A stretch of DNA of 64,000 nt from Ramazzottius varieornatus (Eukaryota; Animalia; Tardigrada), in the NCBI GenBank assembly GCA_001949185.1, contig BDGG01000003.1:314679-378678 (forward strand). Direction: 5' to 3'. Shown piece after piece: positions 1 to 13,953 of the stretch. Position numbers and translations under genes: made by a program. Every line of letters starts with the position of its first letter. The first letter of the stretch is position 1. The notes beneath the pieces are model-generated. The model was given only the letters and a program-made list of their open reading frames with translations. It did no database searches and was not told where the DNA came from.

Positions 1-886
1 CCCTCCACGGAATATTTGTCTTGAGCACCTTTTGTTGCGTTGAAGAGGGGGAGAGAGTTGGGATTAATTAAGGGTTTAATGCACAAGACAACAGGGTCAG
101 AAGGGATTATTTTTCTCATTGTTGTGCCCAGATGAAATTATTCTTCTGATCTTCCGCTTCGGCTTGACCAGCACGAATCAAGACTAAGCACAAACAGTCC
201 TCTCGATCCTCGCCTTCTGGATCAAGGACACGTCTCAGCGCGAGAGAGCTCTCACTAGTCCGTAAATTCACCGTACCAGACCACAAAAATTAAACTTCAT
301 GACATTGTGGTCTTGACTGTACAGTACTTATCGTCACAAAGCGATCGAAAAACCGCGTTTTTCTGGATTTCGATTTTCGGTTCTTCTCTCAAACTGATTT
401 TTCTCGAATTCGATCGAGAAATCTGAGGAATTGCAGTCTCAAAGTAGAACTGGAATGACGATACCGGTGTGGGTCAGAAAACTATTGCACTGTTTCGTCC
501 AATTTTGTTTTCGCTAGGCCGCGCATTGGCGCGCAACAGTGAAAATCGGCACGTACGGTTGGGGTGATACAGGCCATATTTTGCACTGATAACCACGGAA
601 TGTGATATTTGTGGATATTGATAGGCGTCTGTGGGTTGCCTTTTTCAACATAACGCTATCCGTTCGGTAAACACTTCTGCGCCGAGCCAGTCTTTATCTT
701 CTTGTCCTTCTCCAGTTTCCCCGCCGTGCATTCTGTACCCCGACGCACAGTTCAGACAGTTTCTACACATAAATAAATATTCCAGCTCTCGCATTTTGTA
801 TTCATCACCCGTATACCCAACTGTCCCTTTGCCGTAAGCCCATAAAGCGACGATAGATTACCGCACAAAGGCATTTGTATTCCTCA

Positions 887-923
887 ACCGACCGACCGAC
901 CGACCGACCGACCGACCGACCGA
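887..923. repeat. (ACCG)n tetranucleotide microsatellite, about 9 units
   Basis: accgaccgaccg... run read directly. Confidence 0.9.
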
Positions 924-1759
924 GGCTATTCCGCCGTCCATTATCATATCTGTGCCCTGCGTTGCAGTCCGTTGCGTGCTGCGTTGGTCACTGTAATGAG
1001 GAAACACTGGCCAGTCGGTCGGTGCAGCTGGAGACCATCACGAGAAGGATGGATTGACAGGCTGATTTACGCCCAAGGGGACAGCTCTGAAGTGGCCATC
1101 ATGACCGAAGGGAGGAACAGACCGAGCAGATAATGGCCATTAGTTATGGTATATGTCCAGTCTAGGAGTTTTGTACCCAGAAGGGCCAAAGAGAAAAGTG
1201 GCCTGCTGTATCTCATCTCCATTCGGAAGTTATTATCAGCAGCAGAAAGGGTACAGACACTGTTTGCCAAACAAGATAGCAACACGGCTATACTTGGCCG
1301 GCGAAAGTTGAGGAAACATTCGCAAGGCAAAGTGGCCATATCCTCCTCGTTGGGCTGGTATTGAGTGGACAATCGCTCTTTTCCGCACTTTCCTCGCGAC
1401 AACGTACAGTACTATCCTGATTTCATTTTGAAGTCTGATTGTTTCTTTTGTGTTGAATCCATCAGCGGGGAAAAAAACATGAGCTGACAATGGACGGTTG
1501 AACCGGTGAGATCGAAATCATTCGTTTGTACTGAAGTTGATATCTGGACCGGACAATTTGCTGCGGTTCTTCCAAAAGGCTTCTTGAGTTCGTTTGGATG
1601 ATATAGTCATCAAACCTGATTTCTGGATGTTGGGAGAATGCGGAGGCCTGGCCGATGGTGGAATTGAGCATATATTGTGTGGAATAAATACGGACTTTTC
1701 ATTTTGAATGTTGCTGTCTGTTTGCCTCTGATTGTGTGGCACACATTCTTCTGTCAAGA

Positions 1760-4700
1760 ATGAATGATTTATTTAAATGGCTGTTTATTCTGGGAAGCAG
1801 CTGGCTGTATGTCTGCAACCTCGGTAAGTAAACCTACACAGAATTTTTGTCTACACTTGCCCTCAACTGTCCGTTTTACTCTTTGATCAAATTTGAACGC
1901 ATCCAGCTTTTGACACAACTATTAATCTTAAATTACAAAACAAAACGGAAAAGCACTTTAAATTTCAGTGGTGAGAATTTTGATTTCGGAACTTTACGTG
2001 TATAAATCTTTTCCCATTCTTGCTGGAAAACTGTCGATTCTTTTGCGATGTGTCGAAAAACTGTGTGAGATCTTTGAAAAAATCCGGGCCCGATTAAATA
2101 TACAGCTGACTCGATATGGCATGATTTACTGCATAAAAAGATATAGACGAACATATAAACGCAAACTATCTATTTGCAGACGGTGAATTTATGGTTTTAC
2201 GAGCAGAGTGTGTTTTCCCAGCTGTCTTCACTATTTCTACCGCCAAATATGACGATGAAAATTTTATACGAGGCGGTTTTACGACACGACGTCTGTGATA
2301 TGAGTTCATCTTGCGACCACAAACCATTTTCGTTCATATCTGCTATTCCCCCTTCAAAAACTTCTGAACCATGTGGACGCAATCAGATTTTCTGTTCTCA
2401 TTTTTGTTTCTTCTCATTTCAGTGCATAGCTACGACGACTTTTACTTCACGCAACATCCCCGGTTTCCCGAGAACGTGGTGGAAGGCCAGCGTTTGGTGG
2501 TCAACTGTCAAGTGGACGACGCGACATCCATTGTCTACCACTGGCAACAGAATGGGCGGAATATCGACAACACTCTTCGGCGGTGCCAGAACGGCTCTTC
2601 GCTGGTCTTCGAGATTGTCCACAGACAGCGTGACGTGGGAGAGTACCAGTGCACAGCCTTCAACACCAGCTCCGGACACAGCGTGTCTTCGTTTACCGCG
2701 CAGTTGAGCGTTGGGTGGATCGGCCAGGACGCGAAAGTAGCGGTAGTGTCACCGAAGAACGTCAAAGAAATCCATGAAGGAAACTCTTTGACTTTGAACT
2801 GCATCATCGAAGGTACTTAAAGGGGTTATAAATCTAGGTTTTCAACTGATCACAGCCTACTGTAGTCTAAAACGTGAGCAAATGAGTGAACCACAACGTT
2901 CTCTCGACTGGCGCACTCTTCCAGCCACTAACAATGACCATCTGCGCCACTTCGGGGTATCTGTATGGTTCAACTCGTTTACCCGCATCTCGTTTGTAGA
3001 AAATTGCCAAATTGAGGTCCGTTGTGGAGTACAATTTACCCGAAAATAGCTGTAACTGTGGCTTGTTTCCCGGCGGATACGCATTGATATGTATCAAGAC
3101 CTCACAAACTCGCCTTCTTTTGCAGGGAGCAAATATCACGTCACTTGGTACAAGAACTCGGTTCGTGTTTCCCTGGATGAGCGCATCCAGGTCGACACGG
3201 TGCAGCAAACGTTGAACATCAAGGCATTATCGGTCAGCGATGACGGTGTGTACTCGTGCGAAGTGGCTCTTCTGGCCAACGACAAAGCCTCAACGGCAGC
3301 AGCAGCCACCGCCACTGTTGTCAGCACCAAGAACTTTGCGCTTATCATCGCCCGCGCCAATACTCCCACCATCCGTATCGTACCACAAGATATCATCGTC
3401 AACAGAGGTGCACCGGCTCAGCTGGACTGTGCTTATGATGGTGCCGTCCGCGTTGAATGGTTCAACCAGGAAGATTCGCCCATGCGCAACTCAAGTGGAA
3501 AGAACCAGAATCATGTGCTGTTCCCTAACGGTACGCTATACTTTCGGAGCGTTGGAGCGAATCGAGACGCTGGACTGTATCGATGTGTTCCGCTGGTGGA
3601 AGAGGGAACGGAAGGCCGTGAAGCGACATCTGGCGGATACATTGCCTACGTAAAAGTAGCCGGTAAGCCCAAGTAAATCATTTGGATAAGTATTTGATCA
3701 AGTTGATGGTGGTGCCTTTGCAGTGAAACCAGAAGTGGACAGCAGCAGTATCATTCCCCAGCCAACCAAAGACGACAAGTATGTCGTGCGAGCCGGCTCA
3801 GCCCTGGAGGTCTACTGCCGACCGAAAAACCACGAGACCGTCAATCCGCCGCCGATCGTTACCTGGCTCAACAGCCACAAGGAGAAAATATCAGACTCTC
3901 CATTCCTCTTCATCGGCCAGATGCAGACCAACCAAGCTGGACAGTACTCCTGCCGGGTCGAAAACGGCTTCGGGAATCCGGAACACGCCATCAACGTTGT
4001 CGTTACAGGTACTGTAAAATGACCAGACGATAGTTGAAAGCACGGCAGACAAACCATATAGTTTTGGCAAGGGGTGCACACTCTCGACCATATCGGCTGG
4101 AAGCGTGCGCCACTTGAGTAGAGAACGATCTGAACGATTTCGTTTGCCGAGCTCTCACTTACTTCCTCTGATTCAACGTCTAATATGCGTCATGAACTGA
4201 CTTCTATGGTTTCCTAGTGATGCCGGTAATTTCACAAGAGCCTTCTGATGTGAGGGTGGAGGAAGGAAAGACATTCCGGATGTCCTGTGGCTTCAAAGGT
4301 TCAGCTGGCTCCTTGACGAACATCACCTGGCAAAGAGTGACTACCAGTATCAACGGACATTTTCAACGAATTGCCACGTCCTCCCGTATCCAAATATCCA
4401 ACCAAGACGCCTCCATGTCCTACCTGCAGGTCCTGCGCGCCCAGGCCGACGACGACAACGGTGTGTACCGCTGTCAAGTCACCACTCTCGGCTTTGACCC
4501 TGTCTTCTCAGAGAACGCCACGGTCTTCATCCGCGAAAGGCTGAAATTCACCACCAAGCCCATTAACCAGCACTTTGAGTTGAATTCCAAAGCCAAGATT
4601 CACTGTCGTGCTCACGCGTCAGAAGACGTGACTATTCAGTGGGCCTGTGAGAACGGGACAAGGTTGCCGTCGCACGTCCGATGGAACAAGAACGGGACAT

Positions 4701-6776
4701 TGGTCTTTGATACCGTGAAGAAGACGGACGAAGGATGGTACAACTGTACGGCGTCGACGACGAAGGAGAAGCCCATCAGTGTCAGTATCAAAGTGGACGT
4801 GGGTGTCTCGCCAAAGTTCACGGTCAGACCCAAGAACCATACGGCCATCATTGGAGAGATGGTCGTGCTGGACTGTCAGGCTGTGGGAGACCCCATGCCT
4901 GCCTTGCATTGGGACAAAGATGGCAAGGATAATATTACGGAATTGGGAAGATGGAAAATGATGGGCAATGGTTCGTTGGTGCTGGAGAACGCCAAGCCGG
5001 GCGACAGAGGGCGGTACGGATGCATTGCAGGGAATAAGGGAGGCTTCGCCCGCGAAGAGGTATGAACGATGCAGACTGTGCTATACCGTATGGAATATCG
5101 TTAAAAAAATAGTGTACAACGATGCTCGAAGTTCTCTTTCAGCCAACCATTCTAAAACAAATCTCTGGCGGCAGCTGATGCTTGTTTAGAATTTGTGAAA
5201 AATTCAGAAGACATTTTGGTATCGTTCCAGATTGAGCTGGACGTTCAAGAAATGCCCTCTTCGGTCACCCAAACTCTGACCCTGACCATCAGCTGTGCAG
5301 CGGGATATATTCTCTTTGTCGTGGTCCTCATCGTCTACTGCAAGCGCAGTCGCTCCAAGAAGCGCGAACCCGAGTCGTCGGCCATGACCGCCGTCAGTAC
5401 CAGTCAAGTCACACTGCAGCCCAACGCGTACGCCTACTCAACGCCCGAGTCCCAGTCCCTCTTACCCAAAATCCTGTCCCATCCACCCAGCCTCATCTAC
5501 TCACCCCGCACGGCGCATTCCTCGCATCTGTACGAGAAGAACCCGTCCGGCTCCGATCCGGCCAGTTCGGCCTACTCCAGTGCGGCCAACAGCTGCACGA
5601 TCTCCCGTCGGAATCTAGTCAATCCTCGCAAGTTGGGGAAAGGCTGGTTTGGGGAGGTCTGCCTGGCGGACACAGCGGATGCCGTCTTCTCGGTCGTGTT
5701 GGTGAAGGTGCTGGAATCGAGAGATGAGGAAGTATACAAAGCTTTCAAGACGGAGTTTAGCATGTTCCAGAAACTGGACCACGAGAATGTGATCAGAAGT
5801 ATTGGACTGTGTCCACCGAGTTCGATGAACAAAGACCTGTGGGCGGTATACGAACATTCGAGAGCAGGAGATTTGAAGTACTTTGTTCAGTCTAACGCGA
5901 AGCTGATTACGAAAGAACACTTGATCAACTTTGCCCATCAGATCGCCACGGGAATGGAGTATCTGTCGAGACACCGGTACACCCACCGCGACCTAGCCAC
6001 GAGGTAAGACTTTGGCCGACGGTCAAACAAGACAAGTTATGACCACGGTATCAGGAAAAAACCGTACGAAGTTGAGGCTTCGGATCGATAATGGCTTCAA
6101 GCTTGGCTGCGTGTCGAAAAGACGACCGGACGTCGGCAAATGATTTCACCCAGATGGTTACTTCGAGTGGCGCACGCTGTTAGTGTTGTGGGCCAAGAGC
6201 CTGCGCCACTTGGGGAGCGATCCGGACGAATCCTTCTGCCGACGTCCCAAATTAGGACTTGATTGACTTTTCGTCTTGCTAGTATTCATAGTCACTCTCT
6301 GTGAATGTTTGGTTAAAAAGACAGTTTTCTGTTCGTGCTACGACCTTATTCTTCGTCGCAGGAACTGCATCGTGGATCTGCCAGACGGACTCAACCCAAT
6401 CGTGAAAGTAGGGAACCTTTCGGTGACGTCTCAAGGCCTGAACGATGAAGATTACTTTCTTTACCGGAACCGTCGAATCCCGCTGCGATGGATGCCGGGA
6501 GAGGCAGTGTCGGAAGACGAGTACAGCGTCAAGAGCGACGTGTGGTCCTTCGGAGTTTCTCTCTTCGAACTGCTGACGTACTGTCAAGTTCAACCGTACG
6601 AAGGCTTTGCCGACACGGAAGTTTTCCGGCTGTTGACGGATGAAGAACCCTTACCGGCTTTAGTCAATCGAGACTTTGCTCATCTTGAGAAAGCCTTGAT
6701 TGTAGAATGTACACAAATCAATGCAAAAGATAGACCTACTTTCAGCGAAATTTTGTCGCGGTGGAATTTGTCCTAG
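1760..6776 (+). CDS. PTK7: PTK7/off-track-like receptor tyrosine pseudokinase (signal peptide, 7 Ig domains, TM, kinase-like domain). Exons approx 1760-1823, 2423-2812, 3127-3661, 3724-4008, 4218-5059, 5231-6003, 6362-6776
   Basis: Repeated Ig C...W...DxGxYxC motifs; TM (TLTISCAAGYILFVVVLIVYC); GKGWFGEV, VLVK, HRDLATRN, DFG replaced by NLS, PLRWMPGE, SDVWSFG; GT-AG introns keep the frame; exon 1 gives signal peptide MNDLFKWLFILGSSWLYVCNL(V)HS. Confidence 0.9.
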
Positions 6777-7111
6777 ATTCAGTCGCCAGTTGCTGTATGC
6801 ATGTTCCTTTTTTATTCCAGCTTCATCGTGTTTCTTAGAGGATGGATACTACGATTCGATTCTGCACCATGGTCCATAGAAGCCGAAACATTCAATATTA
6901 ATTTTGCAACCGGTGTATGAGAGGACGCTCCTGAAGGTTTCTTTCGTAGGGCAGTCACCGTGTGATGACCTAGACTCAGAAAAGATCAGACAATCAATGA
7001 CTGCAGCAATGGCCAAAATGGTTGAAACGTCGTTACTGTTGCACCGATATCCATTGATTGTCTCATTACAAATTATTTCTCGTTTTGATATAGAACACGC
7101 GTTGATTGGGG

Positions 7112-10100
7112 CAGGGCCGACGCGCCCTATATCGAATCAAAATCAATGGATCAAACTTCTACTTATGGGACGGTCATGGTGTCGAAACATGAAAATTCTT
7201 CGATTTGATTGATGAATCACAGTGGAGTCACTAAACTGTACTGGTGCCACAACACTTCCGTCAGAAAGTAGTCTTCGGAATCCGAAAGCTGGTTCCGGAT
7301 GCTGACCAGTCGACGTATGCTAGAAGAAGCTGAAGTCTGTATCATCACGTCAAACATTTTCGTTCGATGGTTGTCAAGATGCACCGGTATTGTTCGCACA
7401 GTCGGAACTCACAACAAGAAAAGAAGGGCAGAAGTTTCGGTTAATAAGTGCGTGAGAATTGTGTGATCAAGGCTAAGAGTACGAGACTATCCCGACCGAC
7501 AGCAAATGTTTTTGGCCTACCGTACTCAACCGATGTTAAGAAACTATGCGTCGACAATTCATACAATATTAGTCAGCATAAGTGAAAGTGCACCAATATT
7601 GACAAGGTTAGGTGAGGGAGAGCTAGTCATGACCGGCTAAAAATCCATATCATCGCCGTCGTCGAAATCCTCGCAAGTGTCGTTTTCTTCCGTTTCGTCG
7701 ATGCTCTCGTCGATCTCCATATCGGTCGGATTAGCGATCGTAGTGGGTGGAAGAGGAGAGGCTGCAGCACTGAAATCCGTGTCAGAAACGTATTTTTCCG
7801 CTATCTCACTGGGTGGGATGACGATGTGTTTGTAAACGTCAACGACAGTTAAGTCGGACAACCGTTCGTTTTTCATGGACGTCCTGAACCATATTTTTTC
7901 CCGTTTCAGCACTGAAAAACTTCTTTCCAGCACTAGAGGATGTTATTGGTACCAAAGCGTAAATCATGAATAGTTTGGTTATGACAGTGAATTGCCTGCC
8001 CAAATTTCGATCCACTATTTCTCTTATGACACCTTCGACGGAGCCGAGTGCTGGAGTCACTAGCCTTTCTTGCCACATCGCACACCAGTTTATTACTTCA
8101 AGCGCGAACCATTCAAGAAGGCTGTTTGCTTCCCCAAGATCAGCGTTGTAGAAATTCAGTGCTGGACGGAATAGAGCAGCGGAAGGCGTAGAGACTCGGG
8201 CGAGGGATGGCAGAAGAATTTCCAGCGGCTGCGGCACTTGGGAATTCTTGTCGAACCGTTCTTGTAAAAATCTTCTCATGTTCTGGATGTGAGGGACAAA
8301 TACGTTGGTGCCAAACCAGTTCTCTGCATCTGTGAGGTCCCTCACGGGTCTGTGTCCTGCGGGATCGTTTCTGCCTTCAGGCTTCTTCTTCTTGTTAGTT
8401 GGTTTAGGAATGAGAGGTGTCATTTCGTAAAGAAGAAAGGAGCCGTGATGTAGTTACAGCAACATTCGCGAAAGCTCCGTTCGACTCATTGACAGTATTG
8501 ATGAGAACAGCAAAGTAGTCAAGGGTTGTCTCGATGGAAGACAGCATTCGACTATAGTCAAGGTTTTTAGCTTGCAGGGCACCGGTCAGCTCCTTGAGAG
8601 TGGGCAGGTATTGTTGCGAAAACTGTAAGCAAAAGTTGGTGAAAACTGTCTTTTCAGAACAGAAAGTCATCTGCATTATTTACAAACTCACTGTGAGACA
8701 GAAGACGAATTTGTTGGTTAGCAAAATTTCGCGAATAGCCTTTGCGCCGTTTCGGCCACAGAGATCAAGGTTGCCGTTGCTTCTCAGGGCCTCTAGACCA
8801 TCCACCAGATAAGAACAGGAACCGAAAGCAGCGCTCGAGACATCAGCATAAGGAGTCCACCTGGTATCGCAGATGGTTGATGGTACTTTGGTACCTCTAG
8901 GGCAGCCGAAGTTCTCCAGAAGATAAGTTCTGCGCTTCGGTGTACCAAAGTACTTCCCGATCTTGTTGACCTCACCGTAGAATTTGTGGATCCACCCCAT
9001 CTGCACCGCGTTTCCAATCACAAGGTTGACCGAGTGCGCATAGCAGTGAGTGTAGATTGCTTTTGGCTGGACCTTGGTAATCTCAGCTCGAACTCTTTTG
9101 ATGCGACCCCGCATGTTTGCCGCGCCGTCGAAACCTTGGCCTCGACGAATTTGTGGGTCGAGTTCGTGATAGGTGAGTCTCTCCGTGTTCTTTTCTGCCA
9201 GTGCCTTCTCTACAGTTAGAGACAACGGAGAAAATCAGATTATGCTGGCCTAATTAAGAATGAATACTGACGCCAAGGTGCTCCTTAACGGTTGTGCTTT
9301 AAAACACATCCACAAACTCGATGAAAAACTCCTTTATTCTGAAGCCATGGAGGTACCGAATAGTAATGGACATTCGATCTATTTTGGAAAGATCTCTTGT
9401 CCCGTCAGCAATTTTTGAGAAGTGCTGCTCTGTTTGATCTGTAAAGTAACGACAGAAAGTAAAACAAACAGTACCTGACATTCTTCGACCTGATGAGCAG
9501 CTTAAGCTCTTAGTAAATACCTCAATCAGGATTTTTCTTCCGTATGTAGCTGCCCTGAAGAGCAATAAGTTTGTTTTAGAATAGTAGAATCGTAACGTGG
9601 TTTGGCAGGTTCTTGCTTGACGTTGTTAAGAAGTTATAGGTCGACAGAGTCCATTCGGAACAAATACATCGCTCCAAATTTGCTGAACCCCCATCCATCA
9701 ACATTGAACAGCTCGTGACCCGTGCTGATCTTCATTTCCTTACTTTTCAACTTGCATTTGGTGCCGCGGAAAGCAATTTCCTGTCGGGCTAGAAGTTCGA
9801 CGATTTTTAATGACGAAATATAAACGGAAACCTTGTAGCTGTTCTTGGGATCAAGCGGTAATATGTTGGTCTCTTTGAATGCAAGGGCATTTGCTTCCGC
9901 TTTGATATGATAATGTCGGTTGACATGTCTAACTGCGTTCTCGGGAGCCTGGTAGAAATTGGTGATTGGAATATTGACAAACTCACCGACTTTCTTGGTC
10001 ATGGGTACCCCAACCGTGAAACCCAACGCGCCGCAACGGCAGTAAACTGAACTCTTTTGTTGGACCATTCCAGCCATTCATGGTCTTTGTGATTTACGAA

Positions 10101-10991
10101 AACGTTTTAGAGGTTTCTCGCCCGCTTCGCGCCACTCCCTGATGAACTCTTTCAACCCAGTGGGATGGTCTTCGTCCCGATTCAGCAGGAACTGGAGCAC
10201 GTGGAGATCCACGGTGTTGCAGTCGTTGGTCACATAATCGGCGATGGTCGTATAGTATAGTTGCGCCGTAACAGGTCCACACATCAAGAAATACCACGCA
10301 GAGCCGCATATCTGGTGACCGCAATCGGATCCGTGATGGAAACTAGTACTCAAATATAAGCAAAAAAGGCTGGCGATAAGGAACAAACATTATTCCAATG
10401 ATGGCACTTCAAGGCTGTTTCCTCCGTTAAACAGTTTGGTATTCTTTCGCTTGAACAGGCGTCTATGCGCAGCAAAACCTTGATCGAAAACTGAGTCAGG
10501 GACAGACTGCAGGAAACACATTTATTTCGGAGCAAGTGCAATGCGTCCTGCATATCCTGTTCGTTGGTGGGCTGCCCATTTCCGTTGATCAACTACATAC
10601 AAATGGCCCTGGCATTGTTATTCTCACCTCTCTTTTGATATTTTTGCACGGCTAGAATTCATGCGTTGACTGAACGTGAGCGTTAGATACACATCGAAGC
10701 TTGCACAAGGCACAACGCTCTGTAGTTTGCATTTTTTGGCCAATGCCTTTGTTTGTTAAATAAATATCAGTGTAAACACAAGCAGCCCTCAGACTTTGTA
10801 TAAACTAGTTTACACCGTTGTATAGATTTCTGATTACTTCTGTGATCAATGCAGGATGTGTAGTATCGTGGTGACAACGCATCCCAACAATCAAATCGAA
10901 GTATTTTCATGTTTCGACAACATGAACGTCCCATAATCAGAAGTTTGATCCATTCGATATAGCTTCCTCCAACGACCGCCCGATAGCTCTG
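7112..10991 (-). mobile_element. Degenerate hAT-superfamily DNA transposon (ZMYM1/THAP12-like transposase, several stops and frameshifts)
   Basis: Fragments 7637-10400 with ADGTRDLSK, GQGFDGAANMRG, YTHCYAHSVNL, CDTRW, ERSFSVLKR..MKNERLSDL; about 65-bp imperfect inverted repeats at 7146-7211 and 10888-10953; exact ends and TSD uncertain. Confidence 0.85.
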
Positions 10992-11711
10992 ATGGACAAA
11001 TATAGTCACACAGAAAGTTCCAACTCGATTGGAATCTTCTCTGAACTTAAAGAGACGAAATTTGAAAGTACGGTACTCGTGAGACGGAGCTTATTACTGT
11101 GAATCAGTCGTGTACATACGTGCTTCCGTACCGCTGTAGCGAGAAGGCCTGTCCCATAATTTCCCCTCGTACTTCTACGACGCTTTTTGGCTTCGATGAG
11201 TTAGCACAGTAGTGTATATATTAACATTACGTTCAAATGCTGCAAACTCGAAGTTTTTGGACGTTTCATTCATGGCAAAGACAAGAAGCCAACTCGAAGT
11301 AATTAGATCTTCGGAATCGCGTGGTTCCATGTCCGAGTGGTGTCATGTCGCAGATAAAACCTCCGTATTTCTTTGTTTTTGAACTGACTTCGAATTTTTC
11401 TGTCCTATTAGTCAAAAATCTCCCACAGCTGAGGGAGGGATCAGTGAAAATGTTGGGGGGAGCGGTGTCCTCGAAGTTCTGACCAGATCTGACAATGAAG
11501 AGGGTACGGGTCGAGATTTTCGTCTTACGTCATACTTGGAAGGCCTCCCAGGCAAGATAAAGTTGTAGAGAAAAGACGCTTACTTGAAATGCCAACCGTT
11601 CGGTTGGGGCAACCAAAAACTGAATGAGTTGATCGGAGGTCAACGAACGCGTCTGTTGATTTCTCGAACCAAATGATCCGCATTGGCCACGTTGGAATAG
11701 CTGCACTAGGC

Positions 11712-12713
11712 TATAGCTATACGAAGAGGCAGTCCGCGAGCAAAAACGAGCAACACGTCAACCGAATCGAATGTAAAGTGCATGCACTCGTTCAACGAGC
11801 ACAATGGCACGCACATGCAATCTGTCAGCAGTTTATGCAATGGAACCTGGTATAGCAGGCTGTTTTGGGATCATGCCAGCGTTAAACAAAGTACCGGTAC
11901 TACCCGGTAATACCTGTACTAAGTACCGATTTCGCAGTACTTGTACTTTACCAGCTACCGGCGCTCGATAACGGTACCCTACGGGAGGTATTTCAGGTAT
12001 TTACCAGGTATTTACCCGGTATTACCCAGTATTTACAAGTGAAACATCAGAGTCCATGCACTACCGTATGCCAGCGTTGTGGTGCATGTAGGTGCGCGAA
12101 GCCAAAAGTGCATTTTGAAATTGTTTTTTTCGGTACTATCGGTGTTCTTTCTGGAAAGTACTTTACCGGCGGTATTACCTGTGAATCTTGCCGAATAACG
12201 ATACTTTACCTGTGAACCTTGCCGAAATACTTTACTTTACCGAGTGGCGAGGAGCCAGTACTTGTTCAACAGTGGATCACGCTCCAGCCTGACCTCGAGC
12301 GTTTTCGAGCAAGTTCAAAAACCCTTTCTTGCAAGAGACAATCTTGTTCTATTTGTCCAGCCGAAGATAGACCAATCCTTCAGGATTAGTCTGATGTACT
12401 GGCTGAGTTGACCTGGAATCTAAAAGGTGAGATATGGCGCGATCAAAGTACGCCAAAATGGCCGAGCCTGAGAGCGAGCTGGGCTCAATCAGACAATCCG
12501 TTTTAGCCGAACATGCGAGAACGACAAATTCGAAAGCGCTCTGTTTGTACGATACGGCCTGCCTTCGCCAAGGCGTCGTTCCGTGACAGACTGACGTCAT
12601 ACGGCTCACTGGTGGTCGTACAGCGTTCGCCCCTGTACATGACGTCATGTCGCTGGCTAATCGTGTCAAGGCCGTGCAGCCGGTATACTGCGCTGCGTCT
12701 TCGTATAGCTATA
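11712..12713. mobile_element. Non-autonomous hAT-type element
   Basis: TIR TATAGCTATACGAAGA(G/C)GCAG at both ends; perfect 8-bp TSD CACTAGGC at 11704-11711 and 12714-12721. Confidence 0.85.
11877..12274. mobile_element. hAT-type MITE nested inside the 11712-12713 element
   Basis: Ends CAGCGTTAAACAAAGTAC / GTACTTGTTCAACAGTG; 8-bp TSD GATCATGC / GATCACGC; internal TACC/GGTA repeats. Confidence 0.7.
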
Positions 12714-12970
12714 CACTAGGCTGAACTTTTATAACGAGCAGTAGCTGCTCTGCTAGCGGCCACACTGGCAATTGTTCGTTCATGAACAACAGAAGAGCGC
12801 TTAGACATGATTCACTGCTGATGTTTCCCTTGCTGAGGGATGAGAAATATGGTAATAAATAGCTTAGATCAAAATCATGGGAAGAAAAAATTAGATGAGC
12901 AGAGAAATCAGAAGACGGAAGTTACAAAAGACGTGATGACTGGCACACTGCGTACGCTCGTACGATACGT

Positions 12971-13693
12971 TCACTCTAATTGAGCTTGGAATGGTTCCTC
13001 AACGGCATCACTTCCGGAAGCTTGGTCAACCTGATCACTGGATTCCGAAGAGTCCACGCGCGACTGCTTCTTGACGCTGCTGCTCTTGCTACTGGTACGG
13101 CTGCGGGAAGACTGGACGGCCCCGGTGGCGGCCTGCAGTTCGTAGTCATCCTGGTTGTCCAACAGGACATTTCCCTCGGTGTACAGACGGCTGTTGGAGG
13201 AATCCTGGAACTGCTTGGACTGGCTGCAGTCGACGTTCCAGAACCAGTCGCAGACCAAGGTGATTTGGTTGAACAACTGCAAACAGGGAAGATGAATCAA
13301 GTGATGAAGTGAAAGACCGCTTGGAGCTCTCATGTGTGAAACTATCAGGTGTGAGACTTACGCTCATATTAGGGCAGAGATAACTGGTCAAGTTGTCATT
13401 GACGTCACATCGATGGAAGACCTGGCAGCGGCTGCTGTCATCAGCGTAGAAACCAGGCTGCTTGAACGAAGCGCAGTCAATGTTGGACTGCGGAATCTCC
13501 GACAGAGTGGGGTGGTCCTGTCCGGGTTGGGCAGCTCTTGGATTTGATCAGTAGCCAGAGGAGACTTTCCTCGACGCTTGTCTAAGGTGTCGCAGACTTT
13601 GGGGTTCTGGTCGCCATTGGCACGGCGAACTCGGTGCAGCGAGCCAGCGCTGGCCACAGCCACCAGGACGGAAAGGACGACGAGGAACTTCAT
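12971..13693 (-). CDS. Secreted chitin-binding type-2 (peritrophin-A/CBM14) protein with Ser-rich tail
   Basis: Signal peptide MKFLVVLSVLVAVASAG; spliced domain IDCASFKQPGFYADDSSRCQVFHRC..SYLCPNMS|LFNQITLVCDWFWNVDC; the junction near 13520-13600 needs a weak intron or a frameshift. Confidence 0.8.
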
Positions 13694-13953
13694 GGTTGCT
13701 GCTGCTGCTGCTCCTACTGGGGAAGAGGAAGAAGTAATGCCGATGTAGACAAGTGGAATTAGGTATGAGAACTGATGCTTTTTCGAATTCTCTCGTGAAA
13801 AACCTTTTATACCTCAAAAGCTTCTCCGTTTTCCCGTTTTTTCCGTAATTAGTCTCATTGAGTACAAGTTTGCCGCTGGTGACGTAAACGGCAATCTTGC
13901 TTTTTGATCTACAGTCCACACTGTATGAAACTCTGCCAAGTGTCAATACAAAT

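Noticed and set aside
1-1700. Short ORFs upstream of PTK7
   Set aside because: No homology cues; likely UTR or promoter sequence
6904-11009. ORFs 6904-7212 and 10767-11009 sharing WIKLL.MGRS as paralogous genes
   Set aside because: The shared peptide is just the translated inverted repeat of the hAT element
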